A stretch of 64,000 nt of DNA from Dehalococcoidia bacterium (GCA_965116305.1 OZ220673.1:469784-533783); one strand, 5' to 3'. Counted from the first letter of the stretch, positions 43,930 through 51,855 are shown. Numbers and translations: made by a program. Notes: generated from the sequence alone by a model not told the origin.

Positions 43930-44166
43930 TCACCCCCCATCCTAACCTTCCCCCATCAAGGGGGAAGGGACCAGGCACCCCGCACTGCCAACCCTCACCC
44001 CCGCGCTGAAGCGCGTTCCCCTCTCCCAGGGGTGCGAGTGCGCGCTAAAGCGCGGGGCAGACAGGGCACCCACGAGGGACGCCCCTACACCGGGCACCGC
44101 CCCACACCGCTTCCGCAGTACCCTCTCCCTAGCCCTCTCCCCTTGTAGGGAGAGGGGACCAGACAG
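43930..44166. repeat. Intergenic repeat array (E plus the composite element in inverse orientation)
   Basis: The E copy is TCACCCCCCATCCTAACCTTCCCCCATCAAGGGGGAAGGGACC at 43930-43972. Then ..CCCTCACCC..GCGCGCTAAAGCGCGG..CAGGGCACCCACGAGGGACGCCCCTACACC..CCCTCTCCCCTTGTAGGGAGAGGGG. Confidence 0.85.
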
Positions 44167-44341
44167 CCCGCCCTGCGCCGCCCCCAGGGCGGGCAGGACA
44201 AGATTTCACGGGGTTCGATCTCTGAAATCTTGTTCATGGCCTCAGGAGTAAACGAGGCCCGTGTTTTGAGTACTTTGAGTACCTTGTTATGGGTGGTTTT
44301 CAAGGCCACGGCCTGCTTCCTGCGAACAAGGCAACAAGATT

Positions 44342-45904
44342 TCATGGTTTCACAACTTCTGCTGGCGCAGGGGGTGTCTCATCCTGTTGCAAAGTGTGTC
44401 GCGGGAGAGACCAGTACCACGCGCCGTTACCGCTGGGGACTCCGGGCGTGCTGACGCGGGTGGAGCGCACGCCACAGGCTGTCCGGGCTCGATGGAGGGC
44501 ACTCCTGGAGATGCCAAGGAGGATGGCTTCGCGCTCGACGGCGGAGGCAGGACGCGGGCTGTCGGCCAGGGCGCGGATGAGGAATGCCTGGGCGGCGCGC
44601 ACCTTCGCGCCGTCGTTGGGGCGGGGTGTGGCAAGGGCCTCGATGTGGGCAGGGAAGACGGGCTTGCGCCAGGCGACGGTGAAGCCAGAAGGAGGGCTCT
44701 GGATTCCAGCCTCCGCTGGAATGACGGGGGATGGCGGCAGCACGAAAGGAATGGCGGGGGCGTCGTCGCTCATGGCGGGGCGGAGGGGGACGAGGAAGCG
44801 TCTCTCGCCGGGTCCGACGACAGCGGTGGTGAAGACGACGGAGGCCTGAGCGAGGCGGCGCTGCATGGCGGTGACAGCGCGGGGGTAGTTGGGCGCCGGA
44901 TTGTGAGTGAGCGCGACGACGGCTGCACCGGAGCGGGCGGCGAGCGCCTTGAGCATGCCGAGGACGATGGCGACCTGGGCGCGCTGCATGGCGGCCAAGT
45001 CTTCCACCTGGTCGACGACGAGGAGAGCGGCGCTTCCGGCCTCGATGTAGTTGGCAAGCCGTCCCATGACGTGGCTGAGGCCGGGCCAGGGGGCGGCGAG
45101 TTTCGGCGCCGGAGGATCGGGCTCTCCGAACAGGGGGAACATCCCAGGCTTTCCGGTGAGGGTCGACGGGCGACCCATAGGCGTGCCGCGGTTGACGTTG
45201 AAATCGTCGAAGTCTTCGTCCTCTTCATCGTCGTTCCCGCTGGGCGGGTCGTCCGGGTAGTAGTCGAGGCGGTGCGTGGGCGAGAGAAGGTCGGCGAGGT
45301 AGATGAAGTCGAGGTTGGCGCCGAAGAGGCGGAGGGTTGGGAGGATGTCGGCCTTGGGGTTGCTGTTGAGGGAGGCGAGGACGACGGGGGCGGCGGGGAA
45401 CGGGGCGTCCGGCTGGTCGGGCGCGGCTGCGCCCCGCGAGACGCGGGCGGCGATGTCGAGGGCGATGGAGGTCTTGCCGGATGAGGGATAGCCGGCGATG
45501 AGGGTGAGTTGGCCCAGGGGTATGCGGTTGGGCCAGAGCCAGTCCTGGGGTTGCTGGATGAAGAGGGCGAAGGGGTCGAGTCCGGCCTCGACCGCGCCGG
45601 TGGAGGTGTAGTGCTGCAAGAGCGGCTTGAGGCCGCGTTTCGCAAGGGCGTCCATGATGTTGCTCGAGGAGCAGCGGGTGCACTCGAACGAGAAGCCGGT
45701 GTCCTCGTCGTAGTGGACGGACAGGGTGGGGATCAAGGGGCTGGGGTGGATGGGGCAGTGCACTTTAGGGCCGCCGGCGCACTGGCAGCCGGGGACGCCG
45801 CAACGGAGGGCGTAACGGACCCGTTCGAGGTATGCGGCGTCCTTCGGCGGGAGGTCGTCAACGTCTATGTGGTTGTCGGGCATGGGAGCGGGTTGCGTAG
45901 TCAT
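44342..45904 (-). CDS. RepA/AAA_25-like RecA-fold ATPase with an N-terminal Cys-rich finger and C-terminal wHTH (mobile-element replication/primase-associated type)
   Basis: CGVPGCQCAGGPKVHCPIH...ECTRC (zinc-finger-like), Walker A GYPSSGKTS, Walker B LLVVDQVEDL, and a C-terminal LADSPRPASAVEREAILLGISRSALHRARTACGV...WYWSLP. ATG 45904. Confidence 0.7.
   Translation of the reverse strand: MTTQPAPMPDNHIDVDDLPPKDAAYLERVRYALRCGVPGCQCAGGPKVHCPIHPSPLIPTLSVHYDEDTGFSFECTRCSSSNIMDALAKRGLKPLLQHYTSTGAVEAGLDPFALFIQQPQDWLWPNRIPLGQLTLIAGYPSSGKTSIALDIAARVSRGAAAPDQPDAPFPAAPVVLASLNSNPKADILPTLRLFGANLDFIYLADLLSPTHRLDYYPDDPPSGNDDEEDEDFDDFNVNRGTPMGRPSTLTGKPGMFPLFGEPDPPAPKLAAPWPGLSHVMGRLANYIEAGSAALLVVDQVEDLAAMQRAQVAIVLGMLKALAARSGAAVVALTHNPAPNYPRAVTAMQRRLAQASVVFTTAVVGPGERRFLVPLRPAMSDDAPAIPFVLPPSPVIPAEAGIQSPPSGFTVAWRKPVFPAHIEALATPRPNDGAKVRAAQAFLIRALADSPRPASAVEREAILLGISRSALHRARTACGVRSTRVSTPGVPSGNGAWYWSLPRHTLQQDETPPAPAEVVKP
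44699..44729. repeat. Family A hairpin inside the ATPase coding sequence
   Basis: CTGGATTCCAGCCTCCGCTGGAATGACGGGG. It is translated on the minus strand as PVIPAEAGIQ. Confidence 0.8.
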
Positions 45905-46080
45905 GCACCCATCGTAGGGAGGGCTGCGTTGACCGCGCAACGGGCGCGTGTCACAAAATCAACAGCGATGGGGAGAGTGCATGCTCAGCCACGGAGTTAC
46001 GGAGTTGGATGGAACACGGGAGCTACGTGCAGCGAGCTAGGGGAGTCCACCACACGACCGCGTCGGCTGTCGCCCACGCT

Positions 46081-46236
46081 GGATACCAGACTTCGCTGGC
46101 ATGACGGGCAAGGGGTGCCCCTACACCAAGCCATCGCTCCGCCTTGGCCGTTCACCCCCATCCTGACTTTCCACCGTCGAGGGGGAAGGAATCGAGCAGG
46201 GCTGCGAGATTCCCGCTTTCGCGGGAATGACGGGAA
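46081..46236. repeat. Intergenic repeat array (A-variant, D, degenerate E, A)
   Basis: CTTCGCTGGCATGACGGG..GGGGTGCCCCTACACC, a degenerate E copy at 46152-46192, and GATTCCCGCTTTCGCGGGAATGACGGG at 46208-46233. Confidence 0.8.
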
Positions 46237-46282
46237 GGGTAATTGGGACAAGACTCCAGCGCAGTTGATTGGGGTCGGGGTG

Positions 46283-47158
46283 CTAGGGGGAGACAGCGAT
46301 GAGGGCGAGGCCGGCGGTGATGAAGGCGGAGCCGAGGAGGCGGCCGCCGCCGAAGGGTTCCTTGAGGATGAAGACTCCCATCAGGACTCCGACGACGATG
46401 CCCACCTCTCGGGCGGGGGATATGTAGCTGACCCGGGAGATGGAGAAGGCGGTGAGGACCATTCCGTAGGCGGTGAATACCAGGATGCCAGCCGCGACGA
46501 TGGGCCAGAAGTTTTCCCGCCACTCCCGCTTGACCGGGGCCAGCCGGTATTGGAGCAGGATGTAGGGGGCAAGACCGATGCCGGCTCCGATGGTCTGGAG
46601 GTACATGTAGAGGAAGGGCTGGACGTGGGCCACTCCCTGCTTGTCGACCAGAGTGTAGGCGGTGATGATGATTCCGGTGAGGACGGCGTAGACGACGCCT
46701 CCGTCCCGCAGGAGGGCGAAGGGGTCGGAGAGCACCTGCCGGAAGCGTCCCCACCAGGAGACGATGTAGATTCCGGCGATGATGAGGGCTATTCCAACAG
46801 CGGCGGGCAGTGCCACCGTCTCCCTGAGGAACATGACCGCGAGCACCGGGACGAGCATGGGGCCGATGCCCCGGGCGATGGGGTAGACGAGGGACAGGTC
46901 GCCGCGGGAGTATCCCCTCCCCAGCATGGCGAAGTAGAAGACGTGCAGGATGACGGTGGCGAGGACGAACCAGTATCCTTCCGCCGGCACGGGGTAGAGC
47001 CAGAAGAGGACCGCTCCCAGGGGAGCGAGGACGACGCTGCCGGCGATGAGGAGGGACCAGGCGAAGACCTCGGGATTGGCGGCGCGTTTCAGCAGCAGGT
47101 TCCACGTGGAGTGGCAGAGGGCGGAGAACAGGACGAGGCCGAGGGCCAGGGCGGACAT
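46283..47158 (-). CDS. EamA/DMT-family transporter
   Basis: 291 aa from ATG 47158, about 10 TM helices with the duplicated EamA pattern. The upstream extension in the ORF track crosses a repeat. Confidence 0.8.
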   Translation of the reverse strand: MSALALGLVLFSALCHSTWNLLLKRAANPEVFAWSLLIAGSVVLAPLGAVLFWLYPVPAEGYWFVLATVILHVFYFAMLGRGYSRGDLSLVYPIARGIGPMLVPVLAVMFLRETVALPAAVGIALIIAGIYIVSWWGRFRQVLSDPFALLRDGGVVYAVLTGIIITAYTLVDKQGVAHVQPFLYMYLQTIGAGIGLAPYILLQYRLAPVKREWRENFWPIVAAGILVFTAYGMVLTAFSISRVSYISPAREVGIVVGVLMGVFILKEPFGGGRLLGSAFITAGLALIAVSP

Positions 47159-47217
47159 TGGGGGGATTATAATCGAGGCGGGGTGGGGCCGGGTTACGCT
47201 GGGGGATGCATCCCCCA

Positions 47218-47256
47218 AACCCCCGTCACCCCCGCCTGCGCGGGGGTGACGGGGGT
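47218..47256. repeat. Perfect 13-bp stem hairpin between the divergent EamA and scoA genes
   Basis: CCCCGTCACCCCC-GCCTGCGC-GGGGGTGACGGGG at 47221-47254. Confidence 0.8.
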
Positions 47257-47318
47257 TCGACAGGCTCACCATGAGCGAGTTGTGGCGCTCCCCGCGCTTT
47301 CGCGCTAACGTTGCCCCC

Positions 47319-48035
47319 ATGCCCGACAAGGTCTACCCCGACTTCGACGCCGCGGTCGCCGACATCCCGGACGGGGCGTCCATCATGCTCTCCGGCTTCG
47401 CCGGGCCCGGCACGGCGCGCAACCTCATCGCCGCGCTCTACCGGCAGGGCGCGAAGGGGCTCACGCTCATCTCCAATACGCCCGGACGCTGGCAGGACGA
47501 CCGCATCGACTCCGGCGTGCTCGTGAAGGAGGGGCGGGTCGCGAAGATCCACGCCGCGTTCACCGCGTCGCCGCACCCGTCCGTGCCGTCGCCGTTCACC
47601 GACCTGTACGAGGCGGGGAAGATCGAGGCAGAGCTGATGCCGCAGGGCACGCTCGCGGAGCGCATCCGCGCCGCCGGGGCCGGCATCGCCGCGTTCTACA
47701 CGCCCACCGGCGTCGGGACCGAGATGGCCGACGGCAAGGAGACGCGCGTCTTCGACGGCAGGGAGTACGTGCTGGAGACCGCGCTCCACGCCGACTACGC
47801 GTTCGTCCGCGCACGCCGCGCCGACCGCATGGGCAACCTGCAGTACCACCGCACCCAGCGGAACTTCGGCCCCGTCATGGCGCGCGCCGCGAAGGTCACC
47901 ATCGTGGAGGTCGACGAATCGGTCGTGGAGGAGGGCGCGATGGACCCGGACCACGTCCACACGCCCGGCATCTTCGTGGACCGCATCGTCGCCGTCCCGC
48001 CGGACGGCATCCAGGAGGAGCCGCCCGAGCGATGA
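47319..48035 (+). CDS. scoA: 3-oxoacid CoA-transferase subunit A
   Basis: MPDKVYPDFDAAVADIPDGASIMLSGFAGPGTARNLIAAL and QGTLAERIRAAGAGIAAFYTPTGVGT. Confidence 0.92.
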   Translation: MPDKVYPDFDAAVADIPDGASIMLSGFAGPGTARNLIAALYRQGAKGLTLISNTPGRWQDDRIDSGVLVKEGRVAKIHAAFTASPHPSVPSPFTDLYEAGKIEAELMPQGTLAERIRAAGAGIAAFYTPTGVGTEMADGKETRVFDGREYVLETALHADYAFVRARRADRMGNLQYHRTQRNFGPVMARAAKVTIVEVDESVVEEGAMDPDHVHTPGIFVDRIVAVPPDGIQEEPPER

Positions 48036-48061
48036 GGACGCTGCGCACGCTACTCCACCAG

Positions 48062-48352
48062 TTCACCCTCACCCTAGCCCTCTCCCCTCAAGGGCGAGGG
48101 GACCAGACGCCCCGCATCCCACCCACCGAGGGCCCTCACCCGCGCGCTGATGCGCTTTGCCCTCTCCCTCAGGAGAGGGGACGAGGCGAGATTCCCGCCT
48201 TCGCGGGAATGACGAAGCTGCGCTCCGTCCAAGGGCGCGAAGGTTCCCGCCTGCGCGGGAATGACGGAAAGGGCGGGAATGACGGGGAGGGGTTGCGATG
48301 ACGGAACACCCTCACCCCAGCCCTCTCCCAGGGGGAGAGGGGGCCAGACAGC
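48062..48352. repeat. Repeat array between scoA and scoB, extending into the annotated scoB 5' end
   Basis: TTCACCCTCACCCTAGCCCTCTCCCCTCAAGGGCGAGGGGACC; GGGCCCTCACCCGCGCGCTGATGCGCTTTGCCCTCTCCCTCAGGAGAGGGGA; GATTCCCGCCTTCGCGGGAATGACG (48190-48214); GGTTCCCGCCTGCGCGGGAATGACGG (48242-48267); CACCCTCACCCCAGCCCTCTCCCAGGGGGAGAGGGGGCC. Confidence 0.88.
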
Positions 48353-49008
48353 CCCTCGACAGGCAGACGATGGCCAACCGGCTCGCGATGGAGTTCCACG
48401 ACGGCTGGGTGGTCAACCTCGGCATCGGCATCCCGACGCTCTGCTCCAACTTCGTGCATCCGGACCGGCACGTCATCTTCCAGTCGGAGAACGGCCTGGT
48501 GAACTACGGCCCGCTGGCCGAGCGCGGCGAGGAGGACCCGAACCTCGTGAACGCGGGCGGGCAGTACGTGGTGGAGATGGCGGGCATGGCCATCCTCGAC
48601 CACGCGGACTCGTTCGCGCTCATCCGGGCGGGCTACGTCGACGTGACCGTGCTCGGCGCGTACGAGGTCGCCGCGAACGGCGATTTCGCGAACTGGAAGG
48701 TGGCGGGCGCGAAGGGCGGCGGCATCGGCGGCGCGATGGACCTCGCCGTCGGGGCGAAGAACGTCTTCCTGGCGCTGGAGCACACGACACGCGACGGCAA
48801 GCCCCGCTTGGTGGAGCGCTGCGCGCTGCCCGTGACCGCGGTGGGCGTCGTCAAGCTCGTGGCCACGAACCTGGGCCTGTTCGAGATCACGGAGCGGGGC
48901 TTCCTGCTCACGGAGATCGCGCCCGGCTACACGCCTGAGGACGTGCAGGCCGTCACCGGCGCGCAGCTCAACGTCTCGCCGGATCTGCGCGAATTCCGCC
49001 GTCGTTAA
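48298..49008 (+). CDS. scoB: 3-oxoacid CoA-transferase subunit B (N-terminus possibly repeat-derived)
   Basis: VNLGIGIPTL, FQSENGLV (catalytic Glu motif) and GAMDLAVGAKNV. ATG 48298 lies 7 nt after GGAGG but then encodes the repeat-derived TEHPHPSPLPGGEGARQP. The alternative start is ATG 48370. Confidence 0.88.
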   Translation: MTEHPHPSPLPGGEGARQPLDRQTMANRLAMEFHDGWVVNLGIGIPTLCSNFVHPDRHVIFQSENGLVNYGPLAERGEEDPNLVNAGGQYVVEMAGMAILDHADSFALIRAGYVDVTVLGAYEVAANGDFANWKVAGAKGGGIGGAMDLAVGAKNVFLALEHTTRDGKPRLVERCALPVTAVGVVKLVATNLGLFEITERGFLLTEIAPGYTPEDVQAVTGAQLNVSPDLREFRRR

Positions 49009-49078
49009 TAGTTCGGAAACCCGGTGCTAATACTGCTATGCTTTACTTGTGGCAGGCGGTATCGGGTCGGAGAACTGA

Positions 49079-50560
49079 ATGGATCCGGTCAATTGGATGG
49101 AACGGCTGGCTTCGCACTATGAGGTGATGCGCAGCCGGTACCCGGAAGAGAAGCTGATCATCCTGTTCGATATAGACGGCACGATACTGGACACGCGCTA
49201 CCTCGTTCTCACTGTTCTCCAGTCGTACGACACGGCCCACGGAACGTCTCATTTCCGCAACCTTCGCATACCGGAAATAACGACGCACGAGGACAACGTC
49301 CGGGAGCTTCTAGTGCGGTTCGGGCTGCCCGCGGCCGATCGCGAGCGAGTTGCGGCGTGGTACGAGCGCGCGTACTGGTCGCCGGATGCGGTGCTGTGGG
49401 CGCACCGGCCCTTCTCCGGGGTCATGGAGGTCATGCGGTGGTTCCAGATGCAGCCCGATACGTTCGTGGGGCTGAACACCGGCAGGACAGAGGCGATCCG
49501 CGAAGAGACGCTGGACTGTCTGAATGAGCTGGGCAAGGAGTACAAGGTCCGGTTCACCAGCGACCTGTTGCACATGAATCCAGGCCCCCGGGACCGGAAC
49601 GTCCCGCGTGTGAAGGCTGCCGGGGTGCAGCACTTCCAGCGAGCGGGATACCGGGTGTTCGCCGCAGTGGACAACGAGCCGGCCAACCTGGCGGCGGTCG
49701 CCGAGGTCGATCCCTCCCACGAGATCATGCTGCTTCACGCCGACACGATCTTCGAGTCCCAGCGGAAGGCGCTGCCGCCGCGCTCCGTCAGCGGGGACGC
49801 GTACGACCTCACGCGGCTGGTCCAGGAGACGCACCTGCCGCGGCACGTCCAGCTCGTGTGGCACGGGATCAACGACACGCCCAACATGCGCCAGTTCCTG
49901 GCGTCCAACGTGGAATGGGGTGAGGCGGACGTACGGCTGGACCCGGCGTCCGAGCAGCTGGTGCTCCGGCACGACTCGCTGGACGGCGCTCATCCCTGTC
50001 GACGTGAAGACCTGCTGCCGCTGGAAGAGGTGCTGGAGTCCGTGGGAGCCTCAGGGAAATCGATCAAGCTGGACCTGAAGGAAGGCGGGTCGGTGGTCCA
50101 CGAGAGCCTGGCGGCCTTGCGGAGCTCCGGCTTCGACGATTCCCGGGTCTGGTTCAACGCCAACGCCCACGTCCTGGGGAAGCAGGGGTTCGCAGTCCTG
50201 CAGGACGCCTACCCCTCCGCTATCTTCCAGGTCCCCATCGATGCCATGGTCCCCCTCCTGCTGAGCAGGCCTGAGGAGGGGCTGGAATGCCTGGAAGAGC
50301 TGCGGTCCTGGGGCATCAACCGGCTGTCGGTCAAGTGGAACAAGCCGCAGATGAGCGTGTTGGTGGACCGGCTGAACTCGTGGGGGTTCGAGACCAACGT
50401 CTACAACGTGCCGGACCTGAAGGCCTTTCTGAAGACGGCGCTCCTCCTGCCCCGGTCCATCACGTCCGACTTCAACTTCCCGCAGTGGAACTACTTCGGC
50501 AGGGGCTCGGGCCAGGAAGGCAAGTACCACGAGTACTCCCTCGAGGCCCAGGCGTCCTGA
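49079..50560 (+). CDS. Fusion of a HAD-like hydrolase with a PLC-like (GDPD/menorin-type) phosphodiesterase domain
   Basis: The N-terminal part has IILFDIDGTILD (DxDxT), GLNTGR and AVDNEPAN. The C-terminal part has WHGIND...WGEADVRL...LVLRHDS...LLPLEEVLE...IKLDLKE, which follows the GDPD-superfamily motif order. Family naming is from memory. Confidence 0.6.
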   Translation: MDPVNWMERLASHYEVMRSRYPEEKLIILFDIDGTILDTRYLVLTVLQSYDTAHGTSHFRNLRIPEITTHEDNVRELLVRFGLPAADRERVAAWYERAYWSPDAVLWAHRPFSGVMEVMRWFQMQPDTFVGLNTGRTEAIREETLDCLNELGKEYKVRFTSDLLHMNPGPRDRNVPRVKAAGVQHFQRAGYRVFAAVDNEPANLAAVAEVDPSHEIMLLHADTIFESQRKALPPRSVSGDAYDLTRLVQETHLPRHVQLVWHGINDTPNMRQFLASNVEWGEADVRLDPASEQLVLRHDSLDGAHPCRREDLLPLEEVLESVGASGKSIKLDLKEGGSVVHESLAALRSSGFDDSRVWFNANAHVLGKQGFAVLQDAYPSAIFQVPIDAMVPLLLSRPEEGLECLEELRSWGINRLSVKWNKPQMSVLVDRLNSWGFETNVYNVPDLKAFLKTALLLPRSITSDFNFPQWNYFGRGSGQEGKYHEYSLEAQAS

Positions 50561-50610
50561 CCTGGCGGGCCCTTACCCGCGTGCTTTGAAGCGCGGGAAC
50601 GACATGTGGC

Positions 50611-50856
50611 TTACAGCAGTTCCTGCTGCAAGTCGCGTGGGTCCATTCCGAGATAGTTCGCTACGTTGTCGAGGATATTGCTGAGGGTTCCGACCCTGAG
50701 GGGGTCGTGGCGAGGGATGGTGACGTGATGCTCGTAGCCGAGGTAGTTCGAGGTAAGCCGCATGTGGCTGCCTCTCTGCCGGGTGACCACGTAACCGTAG
50801 CGTCGTGCAAGCAGGGAAGCGAGTTCTGCCCCGGACAGGTTGCGGGGCAATCTCAA
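50611..50856 (-). CDS. hicA: HicA-family mRNA interferase toxin
   Basis: 81-aa ORF. LSGAELASLLARRYGYVVTRQRGSHMRL...VTIPRHDPLRVGTLSNIL. Confidence 0.8.
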   Translation of the reverse strand: MRLPRNLSGAELASLLARRYGYVVTRQRGSHMRLTSNYLGYEHHVTIPRHDPLRVGTLSNILDNVANYLGMDPRDLQQELL

Positions 50857-51065
50857 ACCCGGATGACCTCCGGCTGTACGAGGTGCACACGGATGGTGCG
50901 CGGCGCTTTACCCTCATCGAAGTGGCAGAGGACGGCGTCCCGCATCATCTCCTTGAGGTGCTCCCAGTCATCGGCTTCCGTGAAGATGTTGTGGCCGACG
51001 GCGTGCGCCTCGTATCCCCCTTCGGGAGATTCCTTGACCTGGAAGACTATCTCAGTGTCTGTCAT
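50853..51065 (-). CDS. hicB: HicB-like antitoxin (short form without an obvious DNA-binding domain)
   Basis: 70-aa ORF. IVFQVKESPEGGYEAHAVGHNIFTEADDWEHLKEMMRDAVLCHFDEG. It overlaps hicA by 4 nt. Confidence 0.7.
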   Translation of the reverse strand: MTDTEIVFQVKESPEGGYEAHAVGHNIFTEADDWEHLKEMMRDAVLCHFDEGKAPRTIRVHLVQPEVIRV

Positions 51066-51158
51066 GCGCTCATCCGTCAGCGCTCCCCGTTGCGCTCAGA
51101 TCGTCCACGAGACCGGAGAACCTGAGATAACGATAGCACAGCCTTCTCGTGCCGTGGC

Positions 51159-51824
51159 CTACTGCTCCGCGCCGTCCGGCGGGGCGAGGACGCGCTCGAT
51201 GAAGCTGCACGCTATCTCCAGCCCGCGGACGTCGATGCTGTGGCCGAGGCCCGGCAGCAGGTAGGCCTCGACCGGGAAGCCGAGGTCGGCGAGCGTCTGC
51301 CCCGCCTTTGCCGTGGACTCGGGCGGCAGCACCGCGTCCTGGTCGCCGTGCACGAGGACGATAGGCGGCTTCTGCCGGACCTCGTCCGCCAGCCATTCCG
51401 GGAAGAGAAGCGATCCGCTGAGCCCGACGACGCCCGCGATGGGCCGCTCCATGCGCGGCGCAGCGTACAGCGAGGTCATGCACCCCTGCGAGAAGCCGAT
51501 GAGCACGCAGCGGTCCGGGGTCAGCGCGTACTCGTCCAGCAGCTCCCCGACGTACGTCTCGACGACGCGCCCCGCCTCCCGCAGGCCCGCCATCCGTTCC
51601 TCCGGCGGTTCGAGCGGGAACCAGCGCAGGCCGAAACCTGCCTCGACGTACGGGTTGGGGGCGTCCGGCGAGTGGAAGGCCATGTGCGGGAAGCGCGGGC
51701 CGAGCGCTATCGTGAGCCCGATGAGGTCGTTGCCGTCGGCGCCGAGGCCGTGCAGCAGGATGCCGAGCGAGTCCGGCGCGCCGCCCGCGTGCGGTCCGCG
51801 GGACGGGCCGTTGAGTATGGGCAT
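51159..51824 (-). CDS. Phospholipase/carboxylesterase-family alpha/beta hydrolase
   Basis: LGILLHGLGADGNDL, LIGFSQGCMTSLY (GxSxG) and VLVHGDQDAVLP. ATG 51824 follows GGAGGAGA. Confidence 0.82.
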   Translation of the reverse strand: MPILNGPSRGPHAGGAPDSLGILLHGLGADGNDLIGLTIALGPRFPHMAFHSPDAPNPYVEAGFGLRWFPLEPPEERMAGLREAGRVVETYVGELLDEYALTPDRCVLIGFSQGCMTSLYAAPRMERPIAGVVGLSGSLLFPEWLADEVRQKPPIVLVHGDQDAVLPPESTAKAGQTLADLGFPVEAYLLPGLGHSIDVRGLEIACSFIERVLAPPDGAEQ

Positions 51825-51855
51825 GTGGTGTCTCCTCCTGTGAGATAATACCCGC

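Noticed and set aside
44205-44225. GGGGTTCGATCTC resembling a tRNA T-arm, which could be a tRNA fragment or att site.
   Set aside because: The flanking bases do not form a T-stem or acceptor stem, and there is no matching duplicate of any of the three tRNA 3' ends in the window.
44085-44345. 86-aa minus-strand ORF, ATGA-coupled to the ATPase stop.
   Set aside because: The first ~50 codons are basic and AT-rich and could be real. The ORF then runs into family B/D repeats, so its end is arbitrary, and there is no recognisable domain. It is mentioned only within the ATPase finding.
39061-48352. Possibility that the dense short repeats form a CRISPR array.
   Set aside because: The repeats belong to several different families, are palindromic hairpins, occur singly or in irregular mosaics with no constant repeat-spacer periodicity, and are scattered over the whole window. 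No cas genes are present.
51825-51855. Possible DtxR/MntR operator in the 31-bp spacer between the esterase and the regulator gene.
   Set aside because: I could not find a palindrome resembling the known DtxR/IdeR or MntR boxes in GTGGTGTCTCCTCCTGTGAGATAATACCCGC.
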